Positions 30,729 through 41,087 of a stretch of DNA of 64,000 bases are shown piece after piece. Origin of the DNA: Promethearchaeota archaeon (GTDB lineage Archaea > Asgardarchaeota > Lokiarchaeia > Sigyniarchaeales > SOKP01). Within the stretch, counting starts at the first letter, position 1; every line of letters begins with the position of its first letter. Both the position numbers and the translations under genes were made by a program. Under the pieces are notes generated by a model. It had not been told where the DNA came from. It did not search any database and saw nothing but the letters and a program-made list of their open reading frames with translations. The stretch spans positions 96,001 through 160,000 of the forward strand of contig JBHLMQ010000002.1 in assembly GCA_048938005.1 (NCBI GenBank), read 5' to 3'.

Positions 30729-32057
30729 TTATTTATTTAAAAGAGAATTCATATGATCAATTCGTTTTTGTAATAATTTTCGTGTACCTACATCCTTTCT
30801 ATGAAATAAATTACCTTTAATACACTCTACTCCTGCTTCAGCAATCTTTTCAGCTTCTTCTAATGAATTTGCAATTCCCAATACTCCAATTGCTCTTGAA
30901 GTTGTAGTATATATCTTTTCTCCTTCTCTATAAACTGAAGCATAATAATATTTTGCTCCTGTCTTATCAATTTTCTCTTTATTTATTTGAACAGATTCAT
31001 CCTTTTTGGGATTAACAGGATATCCTTCTGGAGCTAAATATTTGCACACAGTTGCCTTATTTTCAAATTTAAAGTTATGAGATAATTTTCCATCTATGAT
31101 CGACCAGCAAATGTCCACAAAATTTCCATTAAGGAGAGGTAAAACATTCATAGCCTCAGGGTCGCCCCATCGAGAATTGTATTCAATTAATTTTAATCCT
31201 GTTGCAGTTTTCATGAATTGTCCATATAAAAATCCTTTATATTCTACTCCAATTTCTGTTTTTACTGCTGCGATGGTTTTTTTCATATCTTCAAGTGCTT
31301 TATTTAAATCTTCTTGAGTAATAAATGGCATAAGATGATCTTCCATAGAATAGGAACCCATCCCTCCTGTATTTGGCCCCTCATCATCTTCATAAGCTCG
31401 TTTATGATCCTGAACTAATGGTGATCCAAGGACATTTATTCCATCAACGAAAGTTTGTAGAGTGAATTCTTCACCATCACATTTCTCTTCTAAGAGAAAC
31501 CTGCTTTTTTGATTAACTAATTCTTGACAATATTTCAAAATATCTTCTTTTGAAAATAAATGATCTCCATAAACTTTTACTCCTTTACCACCAGTTAAAC
31601 CCTCAGGTTTTACCACAATATTAATTTCTCCCATTTCTTCTATATAACTCTCTACTCCTTCCATTGAATTAAACATTTTACTCTTCACGTTTGATTGAAT
31701 CTTATATTTTTCTAGCAGTTTTCTTGCAAAAACTTTTGATCCCTCTAACTGAGCCGCTTCAATTTTAGGTCCTACGCATGGGAACCCCCCTTTCTCTAAA
31801 GCATCAACTATTCCAACCACTAAGGGAGCCTCAGGTCCAATTACAACAAAATCTATATTTTTTTCTTTACAAAATTCAATAATTTGTTTAAAATCTGTTT
31901 CAGAATGAATTTTAATATCTTTACTTAGATCTTCTAATCCTGCGTTTTTAAAACTCATAAATGTAAATAGATTTGCCCCACCATTAACAAGAGCTTCGCC
32001 AATAACATGTTCTCTCGCACCATGACCAACAATTAAGCAATTATTAACCATAATCAA
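30729..32057 (-). CDS. purD: Phosphoribosylamine-glycine ligase
   Basis: GHGAREH, GPEAPL, LEGSK, GGKGV, QDHKR..GPNTGGMG, GDPE. Confidence 0.95.
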   Translation of the reverse strand: MIMVNNCLIVGHGAREHVIGEALVNGGANLFTFMSFKNAGLEDLSKDIKIHSETDFKQIIEFCKEKNIDFVVIGPEAPLVVGIVDALEKGGFPCVGPKIEAAQLEGSKVFARKLLEKYKIQSNVKSKMFNSMEGVESYIEEMGEINIVVKPEGLTGGKGVKVYGDHLFSKEDILKYCQELVNQKSRFLLEEKCDGEEFTLQTFVDGINVLGSPLVQDHKRAYEDDEGPNTGGMGSYSMEDHLMPFITQEDLNKALEDMKKTIAAVKTEIGVEYKGFLYGQFMKTATGLKLIEYNSRWGDPEAMNVLPLLNGNFVDICWSIIDGKLSHNFKFENKATVCKYLAPEGYPVNPKKDESVQINKEKIDKTGAKYYYASVYREGEKIYTTTSRAIGVLGIANSLEEAEKIAEAGVECIKGNLFHRKDVGTRKLLQKRIDHMNSLLNK

Positions 32058-32263
32058 CCAATATTGAGAATATTTTTATTTTAATTCTTAATATTAACTA
32101 ATTAGGTTTACAAATAATTTTAACCTTAATTATTAACCAAATAATTAATAACTTAACAAATCAAAGATGTAATTGAATTTTAAATTTAGATTATTTACTA
32201 GACACTCAGAATGAATTTTAGCTTTAAAAAAAGTAAAATTATAAAATTAGTGCTTAAAGTCGT

Positions 32264-33991
32264 TCAACCTTGTCTCATATCTTTAGCTTTAGCCAGAAAT
32301 TCCTTTAGATTCTTCTTTATCTCCCTTTTATTATACTTTCCGACGCTGGTCTTCGGTATTTCGTCGACAATGACCACTAGTTTGGGAAGCATCCATTTGG
32401 TTATCTTACCTTTCTCCACACCTTCAGTTATAAGGAATTCAATCAGGTCCTCTTCCTTTTTTTTAGAATCAGGTACAAGCTTTATAATGGCAAGGGCTTT
32501 TTCTCCCCACACTTCATCAGGAACACCTACAACGGTAGCTTCAAGTATAAAATCAGCCATAGCGGCCAAATTTTCGAGTAAAACCGTCGGAACCATCTCT
32601 GCACCGCTTCTTATGACATCTGACATCCGATCAGCAATTACTATAAAATCTTCTTCATCAACCTTTGCCAAATCCCCAGTGTGAAACCATCCATCATACC
32701 ATACATTAATAGTCTTTTCAGGGTTCTTATAGTATTTTTCCATTACCCAGGGCCCACGGATAACGATCTGTCCAATAGTTTTATTATCATGGGGAATTGG
32801 TTTTCCATCCTCGTCTATAACCTCAACTTCAAGCCCAGGAACGGATAATCCTGTCTTTACCCTAACTTCATCAAGTTTTTCCTTTGACCAATTTGCCATA
32901 TATTTCTTTACAAAAGCCATTATAGTGACTGGTGCAGTTTCAGTCATGCCATATCCAGAACTTGCAGTAAATCCAGCAATCCTTTTCTCGACCTTAGTTT
33001 TTAATCCTAATGGCAAAGCTCCACCCCCTACACTAACATCTATAAGGCTACTCAAATTATATTTATCCAAATCTTTATACTGAAGAAGTAGGGCTAGAAT
33101 TGTTGGTACTACTGCCACAGTTGTTACTTTTTCGGTCTGAACTAGTTCGCAGAACCCTTCAACCGTAAATGTGCCTGGTAACACCAATTTTACTCCCATG
33201 AATACATAAAAAAAAGGCGCGCCCCAGGCATGGATGTGAAATAGGGGAGTGATCACCATAGGAACAGTATTCTCACCAAGATGTACATGTGTCGGATCAT
33301 TAACAAAAGTAGTTCTGGCTATTAAATGCAAACTTTGAAGGTAAAGTGCTCTGTGAGTGAACATAACTCCCTTTGGAAGCCCTGTAGTGCCAGTAGTATA
33401 ACAGAGAGTAGCATAGTTATCCTCACTTAAATAAGACCATTCAAATTTTTCAGATTCCTGTTTAAGCAATAACTCATACTCGTAAAGATTTTCTATCTTT
33501 GTATCAGGCAGTCCTGGTTTATCTGACATGTATACGAACTTCTTTACAGTATTTTTTATTCGATCGTAGATGCTTTCAACCATAGGTAGAAGTAGATCAT
33601 CAAAAAATATGACTTTATCCTCGGCATGATTTATAGTATAGACAATGTGATCCAAGGCAAGTCTCACATTGATCGGATGGAGCACTGCCCCACTACATGG
33701 TACAGCATAATAAAGTTCTAAGTGCCTGTGAGTATTTAGTGCCATCGTAGCAACTCGTTCCCCTGGTTCATCAGGTTTTCCTGGCTTTACACCAAGGGAA
33801 TTCAAAGCATTAGCTAAACGACAAGTACGTTTATACCACTCAATCCATGTAAAGCGGTGGTATTCACCAGAGACATGGTTTCGATATACTACACCAATCT
33901 CATTTGGATAAATTTCCACCGGTCTTTTCATAAATGTCGTGAGAATTAGGGGATAGTGAGTACTAAATTCCGGATAAGTTCTATACTCCAT
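32264..33991 (-). CDS. Acyl-CoA synthetase (fatty-acid--CoA ligase)
   Basis: YTTGTTGLPKG, GYGMTET, WFHTGD, DR..DVIRSG, PKTSVGK. Confidence 0.92.
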   Translation of the reverse strand: MEYRTYPEFSTHYPLILTTFMKRPVEIYPNEIGVVYRNHVSGEYHRFTWIEWYKRTCRLANALNSLGVKPGKPDEPGERVATMALNTHRHLELYYAVPCSGAVLHPINVRLALDHIVYTINHAEDKVIFFDDLLLPMVESIYDRIKNTVKKFVYMSDKPGLPDTKIENLYEYELLLKQESEKFEWSYLSEDNYATLCYTTGTTGLPKGVMFTHRALYLQSLHLIARTTFVNDPTHVHLGENTVPMVITPLFHIHAWGAPFFYVFMGVKLVLPGTFTVEGFCELVQTEKVTTVAVVPTILALLLQYKDLDKYNLSSLIDVSVGGGALPLGLKTKVEKRIAGFTASSGYGMTETAPVTIMAFVKKYMANWSKEKLDEVRVKTGLSVPGLEVEVIDEDGKPIPHDNKTIGQIVIRGPWVMEKYYKNPEKTINVWYDGWFHTGDLAKVDEEDFIVIADRMSDVIRSGAEMVPTVLLENLAAMADFILEATVVGVPDEVWGEKALAIIKLVPDSKKKEEDLIEFLITEGVEKGKITKWMLPKLVVIVDEIPKTSVGKYNKREIKKNLKEFLAKAKDMRQG

Positions 33992-34102
33992 TATCTTTCT
34001 CCATTATCCAAAAAATTATAATATTAGACTTTTTCCATAATAAAATATTATTAAATATTCTTAGATTGGATTATATATAAAAATAATTTAAAAAAGATAA
34101 GA

Positions 34103-35248
34103 ATGTTAGATGAAAAATATAAAAAAGCTGCGAGAGCTATTGTTAAAGCTGGAGCATTTCCTTTTCCCATTAATGACACAATGCTTAAAATTTTAAAGAA
34201 ATTAATAACTGAAGAAGAATTAGATCTGATACTAGCTTTTAAGAGAAATTCTTCACAAACCATAGAACAACTTAAACAAAGAAGTAAAATATCAGAAGAA
34301 CAAATTCAAAAACATGCGAAATCGCTTGCTAAAAAAGGAATAATTTTTAATCAACCAAGTTCAACAGGGATTATGGTTTATAGATTAATGCCATTACTAA
34401 TGATTGGAATATTTGAATATACATTTATGAAAAAAATCAACTTTACTGAAAAAGAAAGGGAAATAGCCAAACTTTTTACTCAGTTATTTCAAGAATATAG
34501 TGGTTTTATTCAAGATAATTACGATACAATTGTCCCAGCAATTTTTGAAAATTCACGTCCTTATGATCGTACCGTGTCTATTTTGGATAAGACTATTTCA
34601 GGAGAAGAAATTCTCATATCTATAAATGAAGAAATAGAAGTCCCTGAAGAAAAAGTAATTCCAACTCAAGAAGTTGAGGCGATTATACAAAAGTTTGATG
34701 ATATTGCTGTAGGATATTGTTTCTGTAGACATCATCAAGATTTATTGGAAAATCCTTGTAAAACTACTAGTTTGAGAGAAACTTGTTTCACATTTGGGAA
34801 AAGTGCTCGTTATACAAGTGAACAAGGTTTTGCTAGGATGATTTCAAAAGACGAAGCTTTACAAATATTAAGAAAATCCGAAGAGTCAGGTCTGGTCCAT
34901 AAAGCCTTTCATTCTAATTCAGATATTACTAAAATTGAGACATCAATTTGCAATTGTTGCAAGTGTTGTTGTGGTACTCTTGAGTGGTGGAGGATTGGAA
35001 TGACTTCTTTAATTAATTGGACAAATTATTTGTCATGTATAGATAGTGGTTTATGTATTGGATGTGGTACATGTGTAGAAAAATGTCCTGTAGATGCGAT
35101 TAAATTAAATGATGATAATATTGCGGAAGTAAATACAAAATATTGCATAGGTTGTGGTATATGTGCTCACTTTTGTTCTGAAAATGCTATATCCTTATTA
35201 GAAGGGATGAGAAAGGTTTATATCCCTCCTCCCAAATTAAGAGATTAG
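34103..35248 (+). CDS. 4Fe-4S dicluster protein with N-terminal HTH-like and Cys-rich domains
   Basis: CFCR, CNCCKCCC, two CxxCxxCxxxC motifs. Confidence 0.88.
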   Translation: MLDEKYKKAARAIVKAGAFPFPINDTMLKILKKLITEEELDLILAFKRNSSQTIEQLKQRSKISEEQIQKHAKSLAKKGIIFNQPSSTGIMVYRLMPLLMIGIFEYTFMKKINFTEKEREIAKLFTQLFQEYSGFIQDNYDTIVPAIFENSRPYDRTVSILDKTISGEEILISINEEIEVPEEKVIPTQEVEAIIQKFDDIAVGYCFCRHHQDLLENPCKTTSLRETCFTFGKSARYTSEQGFARMISKDEALQILRKSEESGLVHKAFHSNSDITKIETSICNCCKCCCGTLEWWRIGMTSLINWTNYLSCIDSGLCIGCGTCVEKCPVDAIKLNDDNIAEVNTKYCIGCGICAHFCSENAISLLEGMRKVYIPPPKLRD

Positions 35249-35370
35249 ACTCCTCTAAAAAGTTATTCTTTTTTTCTTAATTACTTTTTAATTTTAATAA
35301 ATTTTGATAAATTAATTATAGGACTAATAATTATAGACTTTAAAGGATTTAACAAATTCATTTATCTAAA

Positions 35371-36321
35371 ATGGAAAAAGAAATTTGTATCGAATTTAGA
35401 AATGTTTCAAAAAGGTATAAACAAGTTCTTGCATTAGATAATATTTCCTTTAATATTCAGAAGGGAGAAATTTTTGGTTATATTGGTCCTAATGGAGCTG
35501 GTAAGACAACTACAATTAAGATTTTAGTAGGTTTAATTAGGGATCATAAGGGAGATGTTTATATTTTCGGGAAAAATATTTCTACCAGTAACAAAGAATT
35601 ACATAATTTAATAGGATATCATCCACAAGAAGCGGGGTTTCAAGAATGGCGAACGGTTGATCATGCTTTTAAAACTTTTGGTCGTCTTTCCGGGCTAAGT
35701 TTCGAACGTATTGAAAATCGAACTCAAGAAATTTTGGAACTACTAAATCTTTCAGATGTTAGGTCCAAGAAAATTACTCATTTATCAGGAGGTATGTTTC
35801 AAAAATTAAGGCTAGGTCAAGCTCTTTTACATGAACCAGAAATTTTAATTTTAGATGAACCTTTATCTGGGCTAGATCCAACTAGCCGATTTCAGTTTAA
35901 AGAAATTATAAAAAAACTTGCAAAAAGTGGTATAACCATTTTATTTTCATCACATATTCTAAGCGATGTCCAAGATATTGCAACAAAAATTGGAATATTA
36001 AATCAAGGTCGTATTATGAAAATTGGCACTCCAGAAGAACTTCAAAGCGATTTTCAAGTAGGTAATATTATTGAAATCAGTGTAGCAAAAGATTCTTCAC
36101 TCTTTGAAGGTTTAGAGGAAATTTCTGGAATCGAATATGTAGAAAAGATTAAGCCCAATGCTCAAATTATTCATCTGAAATCTGATGTAGATATTGATAT
36201 AAGTATAAACAAAATTTTTAATAGAATTATAACACAAAATTGCAAAATACGACATTTTAATATAAAAACACCTAGTTTGGAAGAAGTATATTTAAAATAT
36301 GTACGAGGGGGGATTGATTGA
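35371..36321 (+). CDS. ABC transporter ATP-binding protein
   Basis: GPNGAGKTT, LSGG, ILDEP, SSH. Confidence 0.95.
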   Translation: MEKEICIEFRNVSKRYKQVLALDNISFNIQKGEIFGYIGPNGAGKTTTIKILVGLIRDHKGDVYIFGKNISTSNKELHNLIGYHPQEAGFQEWRTVDHAFKTFGRLSGLSFERIENRTQEILELLNLSDVRSKKITHLSGGMFQKLRLGQALLHEPEILILDEPLSGLDPTSRFQFKEIIKKLAKSGITILFSSHILSDVQDIATKIGILNQGRIMKIGTPEELQSDFQVGNIIEISVAKDSSLFEGLEEISGIEYVEKIKPNAQIIHLKSDVDIDISINKIFNRIITQNCKIRHFNIKTPSLEEVYLKYVRGGID

Positions 36322-36974
36322 GCCTAAAAATACTCTTTATTGATGAATTAAAAGGATTTTATAAATCAAAAGTTATGATTGTTTTATGGATTGGAATGCC
36401 TTTAATTGCTCTTTTATTTCATTACTTTCAACCAGACACTCAAGGTTTTCCTATCTCTTCTTTAGTTTCCCTAATTATTTCGAGCATAGGGGGAACCCTT
36501 TCTTCAGTTATGTTAAGTACTTCAATTGTAAATGAAAAGAATCGCCATGTTTACGAATTATTTCTCATCAGACCGGTTAAAAGAAGGAACTTGCTTATAG
36601 CAAAATTTTTAGCAGTTTATCTGTGTTTAACAATCGCAATTGGTATTTCTATTGGAATTGGTATTATCATTGATGTTTTTATTAATAAAATACCCTTAGA
36701 ATTGAATACGATTTTTGGATCGCTATTTACTAGTATGGCAATAATCGCAATTTCATGCTCTTTAGGTACATTATTTGGAGTTTTAGTTTCTTCAGTTTCG
36801 GTAGCCGCTATTTTGTCTGTTTATTTAGGGAATCAATTATCTGCAGTTCTAATATTGCCTACATTTTTACTAGATTTTATGGATCCCCTTATCGTCTCCC
36901 CTCTTTTAGGTTCTTTTATCACCATTTTACTAATGGGTATTAATATAATTTTATTTAACCGGCAACAATTTTAA
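36318..36974 (+). CDS. ABC-2 type permease
   Basis: EK..ELFLIRPVKRRNLLIAKF; 6 TM; overlaps the ATPase gene. Confidence 0.88.
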   Translation: MSLKILFIDELKGFYKSKVMIVLWIGMPLIALLFHYFQPDTQGFPISSLVSLIISSIGGTLSSVMLSTSIVNEKNRHVYELFLIRPVKRRNLLIAKFLAVYLCLTIAIGISIGIGIIIDVFINKIPLELNTIFGSLFTSMAIIAISCSLGTLFGVLVSSVSVAAILSVYLGNQLSAVLILPTFLLDFMDPLIVSPLLGSFITILLMGINIILFNRQQF

Positions 36975-37007
36975 ATAGGGAAATTTTACATTTTTTTATT
37001 ACTTTCA

Positions 37008-37592
37008 CTACTTTTTTTTTTTCCTCGAGAATTTGCGATATGCAAATATAATTCGTTGAAATGCAGTTAAATTAGTTCCAAATGCTAAAATTATCATCGT
37101 CCACCAAATTGCTGTAGGAATCCAAACTTGTAGGATAGCGCCTATGAATAAAATTGGCACACGATCAGTACGTTCAAGTATTCCAACACCGTATAAATTA
37201 TCAACTCCCAAAGCTTCAATCTTAGCTCTAGTATATGATGTTAAGAATGCTCCAATAAAAACTATGATGCCAATTTCTACAGTTGTGTATCCACTAAGGA
37301 TTATTCCAAAAAATAAAAAGAAATCTCCAATTCTATCTAATGTAGAATCTAGAAATCCTCCCCACGATGTAGGACCTTGGAGCCGAGCTACTACTCCATC
37401 TAATTGATCAAAAAATTCAGTTATAAATAGAAAAACGATTACTATAATTAAAAAATGGAAAATAAATCCAAAAAAAGTAATAATAGCGGATATTAATCCA
37501 AATAAAGTAAAATAATTCGCAGGAATTTTAACTAACTTCCTCGCTAAAGGGAGTAATAGTTTTTCTGAGAATTTTTTTACTTGTAATAGCAT
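37008..37592 (-). CDS. CDP-alcohol phosphatidyltransferase (archaetidylinositol phosphate synthase-like)
   Basis: DQLDGVVAR..GGFLDSTLDR, SYTRAK, ERTDR. Confidence 0.88.
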   Translation of the reverse strand: MLLQVKKFSEKLLLPLARKLVKIPANYFTLFGLISAIITFFGFIFHFLIIVIVFLFITEFFDQLDGVVARLQGPTSWGGFLDSTLDRIGDFFLFFGIILSGYTTVEIGIIVFIGAFLTSYTRAKIEALGVDNLYGVGILERTDRVPILFIGAILQVWIPTAIWWTMIILAFGTNLTAFQRIIFAYRKFSRKKKK

Positions 37593-37665
37593 TTTTCTAG
37601 TTTTATGAAAATGATATAAAATAAAAGAATGTCTTTTTTAAAAATATAAAAATAAAAAAGATAAA

Positions 37666-39159
37666 TTAGAGTTTATAGATTGGATAAAATTTTTTCTCAA
37701 TATATTTTAAAAAATAGTCTGAATTCAAATCCTCTCCAGTCACTTTCTTGATCAATTCATTTGCTCGATAGATTTTGCCATATTGGTGAATATTTTCTTT
37801 TAAGAAAGATAGTAGATTTGAAAATTCACCCTTTTTATAATCTTCAGGTAGAGATGGTAATATCTGCAGAGCTTTATTATAAATCTGTGCTGCATAAAGA
37901 TTTCCAAGAAAATAACTCGGGAAATATCCTATACTCTGCATGCTCCAATGAACATCTTGTAAAACTCCTTGGGCGTCATTTGGTGGAACAATTCCCAATA
38001 GTTTTTCAAATTTAGAATTCCATACCTCTGGTAACTCATTAACTTGAATTTTGTCCTCGATCAGATCTTTTTCAATTTCAAATCTTAATATGATATGTAA
38101 ACCGTATGTCACTTCATCGGCATTCACCCTGATGAATGATGGTTGAACAATGTTAATGGCTCTATAAAACTCTTCCAAGGGATAATCTTTCAAATTTTCT
38201 GGGAAATATTTTTGAAAAGTTGGATACCAATATATCCAAAATTCTTTACTACGTCCTACCATATTTTCCCACATTCGTGATTGAGATTCATGAATTCCCA
38301 TTGATGTACCATCGCACAAAATCGTATCATGAAGCTCTTTTATAATGCCCATTTCATACATTGCATGACCAAACTCATGAATTGTACTTGTAATACAATC
38401 TGGAAAAGGTTCTGTTGTTCTTGTAGTAATTCTTACATCCATAGAAGCAAGAGACGAGGTAAATGGATGAGTTACCTTATCTTGGCGTCCATAACCAAAG
38501 TTAAAGTTCAATTTTTCAATAATTTTACGGCTTAATTCAAATTGTTTATCCTCATCATAATGTTTCTTAAATATAGAACCATCAGGTTTATCAGAAGAAG
38601 AATTTAGTTTATTAACTAATTCAGTAAGTTTTGGTCTAATTGGATTAAAAATATTGGCAATCCAATCATATGTTGCTCCTGGTTCATACAAATCTATTAA
38701 GGTTGAATATAAATCAGGGTGGGTTTCGAGTTTTTCCGCTTTTTCTTTTTGTAATTCGACAGTTTTGATTAATAATTCTTCAAAAATTGAAAAATCACTT
38801 TTTGCTCTAGCTTCTCTCCACTCCTTTGCGGCTAATATACTGGTTTCTGCAATCTCGGTGACTAATTTTTCGGGTAATTTTGTAGCGAGATCATATTCTC
38901 TTTTAATTTCTCGTAGCATAGCAATTTCAATTTCGTTGAGATTAGAAAGTTTTTCAGCTTTTTTTATTAATTTTCCAACTTTTTCTGAAGTTACTCTTTT
39001 ATGAATTAATTTTTCTAGTAAAGAGACTTGTTTCGATCTGCCTTCTAGGGATTTATAATTTTGCATATTTACTTCTTGATCCCATGATAAAACAGCTTGA
39101 ATATAGTTTAATCGCATTATATCTTCAAAATAATCTCTAAGTTCTTTGATTTCACTCAT
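37666..39159 (-). CDS. Carboxypeptidase M32 (Taq-like)
   Basis: HPF, DVRITTR, HEFGH, HESQSR, IRVNADE, QDVHW, GYFPSY. Confidence 0.95.
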   Translation of the reverse strand: MSEIKELRDYFEDIMRLNYIQAVLSWDQEVNMQNYKSLEGRSKQVSLLEKLIHKRVTSEKVGKLIKKAEKLSNLNEIEIAMLREIKREYDLATKLPEKLVTEIAETSILAAKEWREARAKSDFSIFEELLIKTVELQKEKAEKLETHPDLYSTLIDLYEPGATYDWIANIFNPIRPKLTELVNKLNSSSDKPDGSIFKKHYDEDKQFELSRKIIEKLNFNFGYGRQDKVTHPFTSSLASMDVRITTRTTEPFPDCITSTIHEFGHAMYEMGIIKELHDTILCDGTSMGIHESQSRMWENMVGRSKEFWIYWYPTFQKYFPENLKDYPLEEFYRAINIVQPSFIRVNADEVTYGLHIILRFEIEKDLIEDKIQVNELPEVWNSKFEKLLGIVPPNDAQGVLQDVHWSMQSIGYFPSYFLGNLYAAQIYNKALQILPSLPEDYKKGEFSNLLSFLKENIHQYGKIYRANELIKKVTGEDLNSDYFLKYIEKKFYPIYKL

Positions 39160-39297
39160 TTTAAAAACATCAATATTAGTTTTTAGTTGAAATTAAATGA
39201 ATTTATTTTTTGATTAATCTTAATATTGAATTACTTTAAAAGAAGTGTGTTGTGAACTTTTATTGAACTAACAACACGAAATTAGAAATTCTTTGAA

Positions 39298-40881
39298 TTA
39301 GGTTAATTGTTCTTGTTTTATGAAAAAGTCAGCTGCTAACTTAATATCATCAAGTGTTAAAGGTCTACCTAATGAATTCTCCAATTCAGTTATTAGGTTT
39401 TCACATAATTTTAGACTGAGAGAGCTTCCTTTTTCTTTTATAATTTTTTGCAATTCTTGGGTAAAATCAATAACCAATGGTTTTTCCATATCTTTTTTTA
39501 TTTCTTCATGTGGTTCAAATAATTCCAAAGGCATTTTTGGTTTAGGTTTTGTGATATCATCAGTTTTAGCAATTTTGAGCTCTTTAATTGTATCCGTGGG
39601 GAGAGATGTCTTTTTTATAAATTTTATAGGAGGTTTTGGAACTTTAGGCAGCTTTATTTCTACCTCTTTATCTAATTTTTGAAAGGTTACCAATTTTTTA
39701 GGAGGTTTAGAAGGAGCAGGAGGTAATTCTTCAGCAAATGACTCTTGTTCTTGAGGTTGAATTTTAGATTCTTCACTAGGAAGAGCCTTTACTGTAACCT
39801 TCCGTGTAAAAATTAATGGTTTAGCGACTTCAAATTCTTTCTTTTTTTCAAATTCTTTTCTTTTCTCCTTATCTCTTTTAATTTTATTATTAAGATCTCT
39901 TACTTTCTGTTTAAGAGTTTTTGAATACATGATATTTTGGTATGATTCGCTTAAAGAAATTAATTCTTTATATTTTGCTAAAGCTTGAATATTTTTTCCC
40001 TCAAGAACCAAATTGTCTGCCTCTTTTACTAATTCTCCAAAGTTTCGGGGCATTCCTATCTTTAGATTTAAAATCTCCATTATAAACTGATGAACTTGTG
40101 ATTTAGCATCATTATCATTTAAAGAGATTTCTTTAAAATCAGAAATACCCAATTCATTTTTTATTCTTTTTATATCCGCATCCTCTACTAAATCTCTTTT
40201 ATTTCCAATAATTAATAGTTTAGAATAAGTACTTTCTAATTTATGAAGTTTTAAAAAATGGTTAATCATCTTTAAATTATAATTAGCTAAATTAAATAGA
40301 AGGATTACCAAATCAGATCCACGTACAAATTTAGACCATAATAGAGAAAAATTATCTCGTAATTGAAAATCCCATAGGTCGAAAGCAATACCATCTACTT
40401 CTATAGTTGATGTTTTCGCGAAATCCATAATAGTTTTTTCTTCACCGCTTTTTAACATATTATAGAGTGTCGTCTTACCAGCATATGCTGGCCCAATTAT
40501 TGAAATTTTAGAATGGAGGTCCCTTTGAACCTGATCCAAGAAATCATTAAATTCGATATTAGAAGGAATAGATTCTTTCATTTCTTGAGGATTTGGAAAT
40601 ATTTCTCTAAACTTTTCAATTGTTCTTATTATAATCTCATCCATATATTGAAGGGAATCAACTATATCTGCAATAAGTAGAAAATATGAATTATTAAATG
40701 CTCTATGAAAGATTTGAAAATTTCTTAAATTATTTTGAAAAGTCTTCCCTGGCATTGGCATATCAATGTATTTTTGTATTATTTTTTTTACGTTGTTTAA
40801 TTCTTCGCTTCCAAGCGCTCGTGCATAATCTTTGACAAATAACAATTCGCCATTTAAAAAAATTAGGATTTGTCTCAACAT
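39298..40881 (-). CDS. Longin-like domain + Ras-superfamily small GTPase domain + helical/Pro-rich tail
   Basis: G1 GPAYAGKT, G3 position WDFQ, G4 NKRD, G5 EISL; N-terminus MLRQILIF..GELLF. Confidence 0.82.
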   Translation of the reverse strand: MLRQILIFLNGELLFVKDYARALGSEELNNVKKIIQKYIDMPMPGKTFQNNLRNFQIFHRAFNNSYFLLIADIVDSLQYMDEIIIRTIEKFREIFPNPQEMKESIPSNIEFNDFLDQVQRDLHSKISIIGPAYAGKTTLYNMLKSGEEKTIMDFAKTSTIEVDGIAFDLWDFQLRDNFSLLWSKFVRGSDLVILLFNLANYNLKMINHFLKLHKLESTYSKLLIIGNKRDLVEDADIKRIKNELGISDFKEISLNDNDAKSQVHQFIMEILNLKIGMPRNFGELVKEADNLVLEGKNIQALAKYKELISLSESYQNIMYSKTLKQKVRDLNNKIKRDKEKRKEFEKKKEFEVAKPLIFTRKVTVKALPSEESKIQPQEQESFAEELPPAPSKPPKKLVTFQKLDKEVEIKLPKVPKPPIKFIKKTSLPTDTIKELKIAKTDDITKPKPKMPLELFEPHEEIKKDMEKPLVIDFTQELQKIIKEKGSSLSLKLCENLITELENSLGRPLTLDDIKLAADFFIKQEQLT

Positions 40882-41087
40882 ATTCTATTGAACCTAATTT
40901 ATTTGTTAGGAAGTGTTTATTTTTATAAGAAAAGAAGAAGAACTAATTAATAATTTTTTATAATTACTGGATTATAAATTTGAATCATTTGTAAATTAAT
41001 ATCGAAAAATAATAAAAAATATTAGATTTTAATAATTATTTTCTCATAGATTAAGCCAAATAAAATTGTAATTTAGAAATTTACAAG

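Noticed and set aside
39247-39277. GTGTTGT..ACAACAC hairpin considered as a SECIS-like element
   Set aside because: No convincing kink-turn core and no in-frame TGA in adjacent genes; more likely a terminator or operator
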